Virus record (IMG/VR): IMGVR_UViG_3300027210_000001
Span: 17,322 to 81,321 of that record
Origin: a virus
Lineage: Duplodnaviria; Caudoviricetes
Direction: 5' to 3' (one strand)
Length of the DNA stretch: 64,000 bases
This document shows, one piece after another, positions 17,904 through 25,657 of this stretch. Under the pieces are notes generated by a model. The model was not told the DNA's origin. It ran no database searches and saw nothing but the letters and a program-made list of their open reading frames with translations. Both the position numbers and the translations under genes were made by a program. Numbering within the stretch: the first letter of the stretch is position 1; the number at the start of each line of letters is the position of its first letter.

Positions 17904-18017
17904 ATGTTTGAATCCTTGTTTACCGCCGTACTTCCGGTGATGAAAGATATTCTTTGGGCAGCGGCAGGCATGCTGCTGTCCTATGCCATTAACAAATTTC
18001 AATCCAACTTCAACTAA
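17904..18017 (+). CDS. 37-aa hydrophobic peptide (not in ORF track)
   Basis: MFESLFTAVLPVMKDILWAAAGMLLSYAINKFQSNFN*. Confidence 0.65.
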   Translation: MFESLFTAVLPVMKDILWAAAGMLLSYAINKFQSNFN

Positions 18018-18020
18018 GTC

Positions 18021-18722
18021 ATGACTCAAATCACTCAGGTTAAACTCAAGGATCTAAACATCCTCAAACTCTACGAACACTATGGTGCCCTGGAACGCAG
18101 TATTCCTCTCCTCACTCCTGAGTCCCAGGAACTGGCGCAAGCTGAGCTGGAGGCCTGTGCCTCTCTCCGTTCAGAGAAGGTCGACCGTATCTATTACGCT
18201 ATGGCGGCCCATGAGGATGCTCTTGAACGCATCAAGAAAGAAGGAGATCTCATCACGCAAGCCAAGCGTCACCACGAATCCCAGCTGCGGTCCCTCAAAG
18301 GTTTGTTAAGTTGGTTGCGGCGTTCGCTACCACTTGATTCTAATAAGATCAGTGGGCGTAACTACCAGTTTACCCTTACACGTAAGAAGGATTTAACTGT
18401 TGAGATTACATCGGACCCGGAGTTTTGGCACACTGAAGAGCGAGCAGATTATTGCATTGAAGAAGAAATCACCACAACCAAACGAGTTGTGCTACGTTCA
18501 ATGTCAGGAGAAGTTCTTGACGAAAGAACAGAACCTAAAACCACAACTAAAATCGTCCCTAATCTCGATGCGATACGCACCGCCCATCAAACGGGCCGAC
18601 AACTCCCAAGTGGAGTCAAAGTCATCCAAGAATACAGCGTCCGTTCCAAGCGGATATATGCCGAACCTCGAGTGGAACTGGAAGCATCCGAGTATCCAGG
18701 ACACCTTCTACCTGAAGATTGA
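18021..18722 (+). CDS. Siphovirus Gp157-family protein
   Basis: EKVDRI...ERIKKE...QAKR...SQLRSLKG coiled pattern typical of Gp157. Confidence 0.7.
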   Translation: MTQITQVKLKDLNILKLYEHYGALERSIPLLTPESQELAQAELEACASLRSEKVDRIYYAMAAHEDALERIKKEGDLITQAKRHHESQLRSLKGLLSWLRRSLPLDSNKISGRNYQFTLTRKKDLTVEITSDPEFWHTEERADYCIEEEITTTKRVVLRSMSGEVLDERTEPKTTTKIVPNLDAIRTAHQTGRQLPSGVKVIQEYSVRSKRIYAEPRVELEASEYPGHLLPED

Positions 18723-18975
18723 AGCACCTGCTGATGCAGATGACGCTCGCATCAAGATGAACTGTCATCAACATGCAGTAAAAGATTTTGATCTCCAACT
18801 GGAGATGAACAATCTTGAACTTGACATGATCAAGGATGGCGAAGAAGTGCTGCCTTATAACATCAGCAAGTTTGAGGAGCTTGAACAAAAGAAACTCAAG
18901 CTGCTGGTAGGCAAGCGCTTCCACCAGAACGCAGCTAATGCGTATTGGTTTCATCTTGCCAAATGCGGTAAATAA
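18658..18975 (+). CDS. hypothetical protein
   Basis: Likely start MPNLEW; the longer track ORF from 18400 is probably a spurious extension. Confidence 0.65.
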   Translation: MPNLEWNWKHPSIQDTFYLKIEAPADADDARIKMNCHQHAVKDFDLQLEMNNLELDMIKDGEEVLPYNISKFEELEQKKLKLLVGKRFHQNAANAYWFHLAKCGK

Positions 18976-19009
18976 ACTGCAATACAATAGTTAAAGCAGT
19001 AGGAGTTCC

Positions 19010-19273
19010 ATGGGCGGCGATCCGGTACTAAACAGATTGATTGCTGGATTCACCAATGATGGGACTCCTCTTTCCGCGACTATTGGTTCCAAAATGGAAC
19101 ATGGTGTTGTCATTTTGACGGCATCTATGCTGGCCAACGAAAACTTGGCGGCTAGCATGGATGCCGAAGAAATGGTTGATGCTGCAATTAACTATTACAA
19201 CATCATTCAACAACGTCTTGGTTACTACCAAGAGCACCAAGCTCATTCTCTGGAACGTCTGTTAGGAAGCTAA
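19010..19273 (+). CDS. hypothetical protein
   Basis: 87 aa, AGGAG Shine-Dalgarno. Confidence 0.8.
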   Translation: MGGDPVLNRLIAGFTNDGTPLSATIGSKMEHGVVILTASMLANENLAASMDAEEMVDAAINYYNIIQQRLGYYQEHQAHSLERLLGS

Positions 19274-19309
19274 ATACCTGCTAAGGTATTGAAGCATTTA
19301 CTCCATCAG

Positions 19310-19507
19310 ATGGATCCTGTTTACGTACCAAAACTTACCGTATCTTTTGCGGTAGACCTTGAGGTTGAATACGACAGCTTTGGCGGTCGGACTCCCCAAG
19401 ATATTGCCATTGCTCTTCAAGATGAACTAGACAATCTTCTTTTCGAGACCAGCCCCAGCGTCAAGGGCGTTTTCACATCCATCACCGCAATTGATTCCAA
19501 TGACTAA
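19310..19507 (+). CDS. hypothetical protein
   Basis: Likely start MDPVYV. Confidence 0.7.
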   Translation: MDPVYVPKLTVSFAVDLEVEYDSFGGRTPQDIAIALQDELDNLLFETSPSVKGVFTSITAIDSND

Positions 19508-19802
19508 GGCATCTGCTTCTAAAGAGTTACTCAAGAAACTCAACACGACCGGGGGCTTTGATACTCCTTGGCTTAAGAACCAGCTTGAAACCTGGAACGT
19601 ACCCCTGGAACAAGAGAAGGCTGCTTTTATGGAGCATCTCTACCAGGTCTACAAACCTGCTAGCCACACTTACACAGGTCTTTGGGAACGTTTCTGCGTA
19701 ACCGAAGCTGGCCCTATCATGCGCGAACGGTACTTTGAAGTACTCAAAGCAATTGAGGAATACGAAACATTACAGGCTGCACAGGCCGCAGTTGTTTCTT
19801 AA
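19500..19802 (+). CDS. hypothetical protein
   Basis: Likely start MTKASA; followed by a hairpin near 19831-19858. Confidence 0.75.
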   Translation: MTKASASKELLKKLNTTGGFDTPWLKNQLETWNVPLEQEKAAFMEHLYQVYKPASHTYTGLWERFCVTEAGPIMRERYFEVLKAIEEYETLQAAQAAVVS

Positions 19803-19864
19803 GGTTTACAATAAACATATTGTTTTGCTTGGACGGTCCACAATAGTGGGGCGTCCCTTTAATT

Positions 19865-20281
19865 ATGGAACACCCTCACGAACCCATTAATGTCATCCAA
19901 GATTGGCAGGAATGGTATAAAAAAAACCGAGTTATCGCACAAATAGATAAACCGTTAGTCTCAAAAGACTCACGTGAGAATCTACATGACTCATCCAATG
20001 CTGTTGATACATTGCCAGACTGGCGCACTTTCTACGCAGAACTCATTGACGAACCTCAAACACAAGTGACTGTACCTTCTAATAAACAAAAAGCAATCGA
20101 CTACTTTGCTGATACTCTTGCTGAGTTTAGCGGCATCTTGACAGGGGCAGAACTATTTGAATGCTTCCTGACTGCAGCTGTCGATAGTTTGGACGTTGTA
20201 CAAAAAGAATATGAACAAGCAAAGGATCTAGTAGATCTTTTGCGTTGTAAAAACCATCTCAACAAACCAGGTGAGGATTAA
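19865..20281 (+). CDS. hypothetical protein
   Basis: 138-aa ORF. Confidence 0.75.
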   Translation: MEHPHEPINVIQDWQEWYKKNRVIAQIDKPLVSKDSRENLHDSSNAVDTLPDWRTFYAELIDEPQTQVTVPSNKQKAIDYFADTLAEFSGILTGAELFECFLTAAVDSLDVVQKEYEQAKDLVDLLRCKNHLNKPGED

Positions 20282-20511
20282 TGTCCAGAACAAACAACCC
20301 CGATTATCCCGCCTGGGTTTGCTACGACTGTGGTGAAACTTACGGCACTTGGTTTAAGCGGGGTATCTACATTGGACCGCCTCATCACTGTGCTACACAT
20401 CACATGGGTACATGCGGTTTATGTAAAGCAGTTGATGTCTCTGTCACTCAGCCAAGGGACTATGGCCATCTTCGTTCTGATTGGCATGCTGGATTAAAAA
20501 AACCTAAGTGA
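20281..20511 (+). CDS. small Cys/His-rich (zinc-binding) protein
   Basis: CYDC...HHC..HHMGTCGLC. Confidence 0.7.
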   Translation: MSRTNNPDYPAWVCYDCGETYGTWFKRGIYIGPPHHCATHHMGTCGLCKAVDVSVTQPRDYGHLRSDWHAGLKKPK

Positions 20512-20540
20512 GATAATGGTATTAGCAATTAATACAACCA

Positions 20541-20702
20541 ATGCCTTTATACCGCGATCCAGCTAAACCTAGTAACAGCTACGAAGTAATTAAGGTTCAA
20601 ACGTGTAGTGGTCAACCGTTAGAAGTTACCACTGCAAGTAGTAGTGCACAATCTGGTTCTGATGTACTTGCATCTATGGACTGGGAAGAGGTATCGAGAT
20701 GA
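20541..20702 (+). CDS. 53-aa ORF (not in ORF track)
   Basis: MPLYRDPAKPSN...LASMDWEEVSR*. Confidence 0.6.
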   Translation: MPLYRDPAKPSNSYEVIKVQTCSGQPLEVTTASSSAQSGSDVLASMDWEEVSR

Positions 20703-20745
20703 GCCGTTAAGGCATTAAAGCCTGATAAACTAGTACTATTGCCAT

Positions 20746-21306
20746 GTGACTATGTATACCCCTGCCCCTCAGCAGTACCAAGTAGCTGAAACCCCTCAGG
20801 TTCAACCCGTTCCTCAACCCCAGGACAAACCCAAAGCTCCTGCCAAGTCTAAAGCTGGTGGTGATGTAGGTGCATTCATCCAGCAATGCATCTCTCTGTG
20901 TGCCTACCTCAAAGAGCTGGAGACACAGTCACATCTCATCCACCTGAACTACGAGGGCGGTAACTTCCTTGGTGTCCATGCATTCCTGAAAGATCAATAT
21001 GAAACGCACCTTGAACAGTTTGATACCCTTGCTGAGTTTATTCGCAGCATGGATTATTTACTTCCTATGTGTAGTAGTGGGCTTAAAGATGCAGCTCCTC
21101 CTATCCAAACTGTAACTTCCTACAAGGGAACTGACATGCTTGGGGTATACTATAAGAATCTTGAGGAGCTTGGCATGAAAGCCAAAAAGCTTGAGCCTAT
21201 TGCTGCCAAGGTAGGTGCCATTGATATTCAAAACTACATGGCTGACCTTGTGGGTCAGGCATTTAAAGCTGCTTGGTTTGTTAAAGCTACGCTAAGGAAT
21301 GGCTGA
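20746..21306 (+). CDS. dps: Dps/ferritin-like protein with Pro/Gln-rich N-terminal extension
   Basis: SHLIHLNYEGGNFLGVHAFLKDQYETHLEQFDTLAEFIR aligns with Dps H..HWN.G..F..H..F...Y......D..AE. Confidence 0.8.
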   Translation: MTMYTPAPQQYQVAETPQVQPVPQPQDKPKAPAKSKAGGDVGAFIQQCISLCAYLKELETQSHLIHLNYEGGNFLGVHAFLKDQYETHLEQFDTLAEFIRSMDYLLPMCSSGLKDAAPPIQTVTSYKGTDMLGVYYKNLEELGMKAKKLEPIAAKVGAIDIQNYMADLVGQAFKAAWFVKATLRNG

Positions 21307-22178
21307 TGGATTTATTTCAAAACTTATTAAATAAAGTCCGTCAAGGTTATGGACAAGCAGACAAACAACTCGGCGGTTGGCTGCCTGGAGGTGGTACAGC
21401 TTCGCCTTTGACCAAAATTGTATCTCCTCCTCAAGTTGCTCCAGGGAGAGCAAAAGAACTGGAAAGAATTACTGGAGTAAAAGGAAGGATTGTTAACCCT
21501 GCAAAAACCCCTACTCTTGTTTCAATATTTGCTCCTGTCGTATCTTCTTGGGGTGATAGTCACTATGCCAATCCGCTTTCTAATGAAGTTGGGATCCATG
21601 GCTACACGGGAACTGGCAAAACTGAACTAGAACGACAATTAGAAATACATGAGCTAGGGCATTTAAATCCAGCGGATAAAAAAATCTATTCATATGGAGG
21701 TGTTGCAGGACGAGCATTAACAGGTCTCAGTGAAACATTAGGTAAGCCGGCACCTTTGCAAGTGGCAGGTGGTTTAGCGTTGCAATATTTAGACGCCCCA
21801 GAAGAAGATCGCGCCGAACGTTTTGCTGCTAAATATGCGCAACAATTAAATTATGCAAGTCCTTTCATCGATGAAAAAGGTCAATCCTCATATGGAAACA
21901 ACCTAAGAAAACAAGGCGAAGAAATCGTTCAACAAACATTGGATCCTTTTGGGCTATTTCCCAGGGCGCAAAAAGCCGTTCATGATTTTAGAAATCAAGG
22001 TTTAATCCAAAACTTTAAAGACACTACTCAACAATTAAAAGATTTAAATGCAGTAGGAAAAACAGAAACTACGGAAGGAGTTCTCGATCCTTCGTATGCT
22101 GCAAAAATGAAACAACACGAGCAGCTATACAATCAGTTAGTAAAACAAGGTTATGATCCTTTTGAATTCATGAAATAA
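21306..22178 (+). CDS. putative zinc metallopeptidase (HExxH; ImmA/IrrE-like signature)
   Basis: IHELGH plus downstream EEDRAERFA. Confidence 0.55.
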   Translation: MDLFQNLLNKVRQGYGQADKQLGGWLPGGGTASPLTKIVSPPQVAPGRAKELERITGVKGRIVNPAKTPTLVSIFAPVVSSWGDSHYANPLSNEVGIHGYTGTGKTELERQLEIHELGHLNPADKKIYSYGGVAGRALTGLSETLGKPAPLQVAGGLALQYLDAPEEDRAERFAAKYAQQLNYASPFIDEKGQSSYGNNLRKQGEEIVQQTLDPFGLFPRAQKAVHDFRNQGLIQNFKDTTQQLKDLNAVGKTETTEGVLDPSYAAKMKQHEQLYNQLVKQGYDPFEFMK

Positions 22179-22192
22179 AAAAGCACTAAGCA

Positions 22193-22450
22193 TTAGCCAA
22201 CCCAGTGCTCAAGTCTATGGCAGTTGCAGCATAGTGGAATACATTTCTTTATTTCCTCTTCGATACGGCGCCAGCCGTATCCGTGGTTAACCATATTTGA
22301 TATGTTATGGTCCTTGTCACCAACATGGTGAAACTCAAGGACACGATGATCATCCAACCCACAGTGCTGGCAATTCAAAGTCTTCTTGTACTCAAGAAAC
22401 TTTTGTCTATTGCGCTGGAGCTTTTCTTTGGAAGTTGGCACCAAAGCCAA
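22193..22450 (-). CDS. small HNH endonuclease
   Basis: CQHC...LEFHH...CIPLCCNCH. Confidence 0.8.
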   Translation of the reverse strand: MALVPTSKEKLQRNRQKFLEYKKTLNCQHCGLDDHRVLEFHHVGDKDHNISNMVNHGYGWRRIEEEIKKCIPLCCNCHRLEHWVG

Positions 22451-22478
22451 GCATTACTGCAATAAATATAACAGTAAA

Positions 22479-23114
22479 TCACTGGTCGCTTGTGGTTGTT
22501 GTCTCGTAAATAAAATGATCGGACGTTTCAATCATCCGTGAGTTTTCTACGCTGTACTCAGTTAGGTCAATCTCGTAACCAGGGTTCTTTTCAATACGGT
22601 TCTTTAGCCACGCATCATCGTACCAAATGACCCGGTTGTTGGGATACGCATAGAAGTTGCCATCGTCCATGCGGAAGAAGTGTGCACACTTATGCTCGGG
22701 TGTTTCACTGAAGTTTGTATTAAGAGTTGATTTAGATTCCCATGACCAGTCAAGGGTAAACATGTAGACTCCACCCTTCTTCTCCCCTTTAAAATTGATT
22801 AGCTGGGCACGTAAGTTTGAGAGGCGTGACCGGACTTGCACATCAATATACGGAGAGAAACAATCCCACCACATGCATTCATTAAGCTCAGGCTTAAGGG
22901 CGTCCGGCTTCCAGCAGAGAGCATGTATGGGACGTCTCGTCCAGTTGACACCATTCTCTAGGAAGACCTCAAACAAAGGGACGTGCTTCTCCAGGGAGGC
23001 TACTGAGTGTACATCGCACAACGTAACCTCGCCATGGCCTTGCTTGTGGTTGTATAAGAATTCGTTTCGGATGTAGCACGTAAACGTAGGCAGGTTGTGA
23101 TTGAGGTAACTCAT
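22479..23114 (-). CDS. conserved hypothetical phage protein
   Basis: 211-aa ORF directly downstream of tRNA-like element B. Confidence 0.8.
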   Translation of the reverse strand: MSYLNHNLPTFTCYIRNEFLYNHKQGHGEVTLCDVHSVASLEKHVPLFEVFLENGVNWTRRPIHALCWKPDALKPELNECMWWDCFSPYIDVQVRSRLSNLRAQLINFKGEKKGGVYMFTLDWSWESKSTLNTNFSETPEHKCAHFFRMDDGNFYAYPNNRVIWYDDAWLKNRIEKNPGYEIDLTEYSVENSRMIETSDHFIYETTTTSDQ

Positions 23115-23143
23115 TTGACTTGCTTGAGTCTGCTTACTCTAAA

Positions 23144-23218
23144 GCACCTGGGTAGGATTCGAACCTACATCGCCCTGCAGCGCAGCAGCCGTACTATCCA
23201 ATTGTCTCGGACCAGGCG
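23144..23218 (-). tRNA. tRNA-like element B (non-canonical anticodon arm)
   Basis: Acceptor CGCCTGG/CCAGGTG, T arm GTAGG-TTCGAAT-CCTAC, D-loop-like AATTGGATA; anticodon arm CTGC-TGCGCT-GCAG has a 6-nt loop. Confidence 0.6.
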
Positions 23219-23225
23219 GGCAAGA

Positions 23226-23705
23226 TTAACAATTTGCAAATTCTCCAAAATATGTTCTTGCAGCTTTTTCATAGGCAAGACGAGCAAGTAAAGGACACTC
23301 AAATGTTCCTAAATATTTTTGTTTACCGTTTATTCTAATTTGAGCTGTATATTTCCCATTTAAAAGTTTTCTAAATCCTTTACTATTTTTATTTGCATTG
23401 TTTTGAGAACGAGTTGCTTTTCTTAAATTTAAAATAAAATTCTCAGCGGGATTGCGTGATATATGCTCTATTTCTAAATCTCCTGGGTCTTCTCCATGAA
23501 CGTACATCCACGCAATACGATGTGCTTTATATTTTTTACCATCAATCACAAGCAGCAAGTAACCGCAATCATCTAAATTACCTGCTACTTGTCCTGCTTT
23601 ACCTCTTCCTCGTGAAGTTTTTCTAATAAAAACTCCTGTATTTTCATTGTAATCAAACAATTCATGCAACCGTTTTTGTGGGGGAAGTGTAATTGACTTT
23701 GGCAT
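23226..23705 (-). CDS. HNH homing endonuclease with AP2-like C-terminus
   Basis: AHRIAW...IEHISRNPAENFILNLR and YTAQIRINGKQKYLGTF; AT-rich. Confidence 0.88.
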   Translation of the reverse strand: MPKSITLPPQKRLHELFDYNENTGVFIRKTSRGRGKAGQVAGNLDDCGYLLLVIDGKKYKAHRIAWMYVHGEDPGDLEIEHISRNPAENFILNLRKATRSQNNANKNSKGFRKLLNGKYTAQIRINGKQKYLGTFECPLLARLAYEKAARTYFGEFANC

Positions 23706-23735
23706 TTTAAAATATTAAAGAGTAAGCCAGGTGAA

Positions 23736-23806
23736 TCAACCGTGCTGGAATCGAACCAGCTATCTAACTCCCTTGTCGGGGTGTCCTGCCACTGGACTAC
23801 CGGTTG
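23736..23806 (-). tRNA. tRNA-like element A (non-canonical anticodon arm)
   Basis: Acceptor CAACCG/CGGTTG, T8-A9, D arm GTCC-AGTGGCA-GGAC, T arm GCTGG-TTCGATT-CCAGC; anticodon arm only CCC-CGACAA-GGG. Confidence 0.7.
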
Positions 23807-23811
23807 AGTGA

Positions 23812-24057
23812 CCCCCAGGTTTGTGCATCATCCTTAAACCATATTGTTGGCGCCAACAAAATGGTCTATGTATAGGAGCTAAGCATAGGGGGTGTTACTG
23901 ATTCGTCGCGCTTGCCAAGTGGGTCGAGGGCGCACCAGGGAATCAATCTGCGAAGGTAATTAAACCTCCGGCCTAGAAACCCAGGACTTCGATGATGGAT
24001 CAGGTGTATCGCCTTCTAGGCTATCTGCCTAACGCGCACAGGGACCTGGCCTCTATC
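23812..24057 (-). ncRNA. unidentified multi-helix structured RNA (~245 nt)
   Basis: No ORF; closing helices CCAGGT/ACCTGG and TGTGC/GCACA enclose at least five internal helices; extended -10 promoter upstream. Confidence 0.7.
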
Positions 24058-24064
24058 ACTCAGA

Positions 24065-24073
24065 ATTATAACA
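24065..24073 (-). promoter_or_regulatory. extended -10 promoter TGTTATAAT
   Basis: Perfect TGnTATAAT ~7 nt upstream of the structured RNA. Confidence 0.7.
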
Positions 24074-24089
24074 AACTTATTTAATGTTT

Positions 24090-24377
24090 TTACCATGTAG
24101 GTGCACCGGGTTTACCTTTAACTTTGCCACCGCCGCCGCCAGAGCTAGGTTTGTTAATTGAAGGGGTAGCAGAGCCTTTACCTCTGCCACCGCTGCTAGA
24201 GCTAGGTTTGTTAATTGAAGGGGTAGCAGAGCCTTTACCTCTGCCACCGCTGCTAGAGCTAGGTTTGTTAATTGAAGGGGTAGCAGAGCCTTTACCTTTA
24301 CCTTTGCCGCCGCCACCAGAGCTGGGTTTATTGATTGAAGGTTTGCCAGGGCGGCCACCAAAATTGTCGCGTGTCAT
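24090..24377 (-). CDS. Gly/Lys/Ser-rich repeat protein
   Basis: Start MTRDNF; 19-aa unit GSATPSINKPSSSSGGRGK; TAGAAT -10 box at 24396-24401. Confidence 0.7.
   Translation of the reverse strand: MTRDNFGGRPGKPSINKPSSGGGGKGKGKGSATPSINKPSSSSGGRGKGSATPSINKPSSSSGGRGKGSATPSINKPSSGGGGGKVKGKPGAPTW
24141..24341. repeat. 57-bp tandem repeat (3 units plus a diverged partial)
   Basis: Units begin at 24141, 24198, 24255; diverged partial at 24318. Confidence 0.9.
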
Positions 24378-24402
24378 GTTTATGTTTAAAAACATATTCT
24401 AA

Positions 24403-24435
24403 CAAAAAAAATCTCGGTTGCTCAAGCCGAGATTT
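24403..24435 (-). terminator. intrinsic terminator
   Basis: AAATCTCGG/CCGAGATTT stem followed by a T-run on the - strand. Confidence 0.75.
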
Positions 24436-24510
24436 AAAACTGACTACTTACCGCCAATACCTACGGGGACGAGACGTGTGTATTGAGCACTGAAAGTATA
24501 GCGCGATACC

Positions 24511-24657
24511 TTATTTCTTTTTAGCAGCGGTTGCTTTTTTCTTGGCAATCATTTCTTTAAACTTTTCACGAGCTTCAGCTTGCTTATCAGATACACCAGC
24601 TTTGCCTTTAGCAGAAGACGTAGCTTTCTTGGGGGGAATAGCTTTTTTCTTTTCCAT
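24511..24657 (-). CDS. 48-aa Lys/Ala-rich basic protein (not in ORF track)
   Basis: MEKKKAIPPKKATSSAKGKAG...AAKKK*. Confidence 0.7.
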   Translation of the reverse strand: MEKKKAIPPKKATSSAKGKAGVSDKQAEAREKFKEMIAKKKATAAKKK

Positions 24658-24690
24658 GATGATCGGGAATCTTTATTAAGTATACGTGAG

Positions 24691-24900
24691 CTATTTGTCT
24701 TTATAACGTTTAGATGCACGGGCTGCTTTGCCAGCTTTCTTTGCGGTCTCAGTGTTAGGTACAAATTGTTTTCCTTCTCTACTGCCAGCGCGTTTCTTAC
24801 GGTCAGTCTCCTCACGTTCTTCTTTAGACAATGACGCCCACGCTTTCTCTGGTAGGTAACGCTTGGTATAACCAGATTGAATAGCTTTATCACTCGCCAT
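24691..24900 (-). CDS. small basic protein
   Basis: RYLPEKAWASLSKEEREETDRKKRAG. Confidence 0.75.
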   Translation of the reverse strand: MASDKAIQSGYTKRYLPEKAWASLSKEEREETDRKKRAGSREGKQFVPNTETAKKAGKAARASKRYKDK

Positions 24901-25174
24901 CTTTATACCTCTTGGCTGCAGCCTTAGCCTTACCGCGTTTCTTGTACTCGTCCTTGGTCTGCCACTTTTCTTTACCCCATTTCTCTAGGGACTTTTGCTT
25001 TTCACCCTTGCCACCCTTATATCCACCGCCTGCTTTCTCATATTGCTGAGCAACAAGCTGAGCTTTGCGTGCACTCCATTGGCCTGGCTTGCCACCCTTG
25101 GAGCCGGCCATCACGCGATCTTTGATGCCCTCACGTAACTCCGGTTTGGAATACTTGCTATCGTCTTGTGCCAC
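24890..25174 (-). CDS. small basic protein (DUF5872-like)
   Basis: GGKPGQWSARKAQLVAQQYEKAGGGYKG. Confidence 0.75.
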   Translation of the reverse strand: MAQDDSKYSKPELREGIKDRVMAGSKGGKPGQWSARKAQLVAQQYEKAGGGYKGGKGEKQKSLEKWGKEKWQTKDEYKKRGKAKAAAKRYKDGE

Positions 25175-25358
25175 TCAACTTTGATTCTCTTTCTCTTAAT
25201 ATTTTAAGCCACTTACATTCCTTGGCAGATCGTGCCCAGTCCTTACCAGGATTCGGGATCTTGGCTTCAAGTTCGCAAAAATAATTCTGGAGGCGTTCAG
25301 CCTCCGATGAAAATTTATACTTGGCCAAAATTATTGGGAATGTTGTGTTGCTTGCCAA
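25158..25358 (-). CDS. hypothetical protein
   Basis: 66-aa ORF overlapping both neighbours. Confidence 0.55.
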   Translation of the reverse strand: MASNTTFPIILAKYKFSSEAERLQNYFCELEAKIPNPGKDWARSAKECKWLKILRERESKLSGTRR

Positions 25359-25573
25359 AACTTATCCATAATTTCTTCGATAGTCTCCAGTGCCTCTAGG
25401 TGCATGAGAATATCTGTCAAGGCGTTAATCGTTACGGGATGCTCAGTGCGTGCAGCAAACGCAAGGGCCTCACGTAAATTTACGGTGGCTTCCTCAACAG
25501 CTTGCTTAACCTGATTGGAGAGAGTCATTTCAGAACCTTTGGGCTGTCTTGGTAGAAGAAGTACTTGTCGCAT
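25331..25573 (-). CDS. hypothetical protein
   Basis: Helical ORF; true start may be MTLSNQ. Confidence 0.7.
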   Translation of the reverse strand: MRQVLLLPRQPKGSEMTLSNQVKQAVEEATVNLREALAFAARTEHPVTINALTDILMHLEALETIEEIMDKFWQATQHSQ

Positions 25574-25657
25574 TCTATCCCCACGTTTAATACTTTGTTA
25601 AGTGTGCCGTATCTTTGTGGATATGACTATGGGATAGACCGAAAAAAACAGTAGGGT

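Noticed and set aside
23736-24057. The structured RNA as tmRNA, RNase P RNA or a group I intron
   Set aside because: There is no G3-U70 alanine acceptor or convincing tag frame, no GAGGAAAGUCC/AGAACCCGGCUUA pair and no recognisable P7 R/S sequences; the HNH flanks are too short for an intron core.
24141-24341. 57-bp repeats as a CRISPR array
   Set aside because: The units are contiguous with no unique spacers, their length is a multiple of 3 and they encode a peptide repeat; no cas genes are present.
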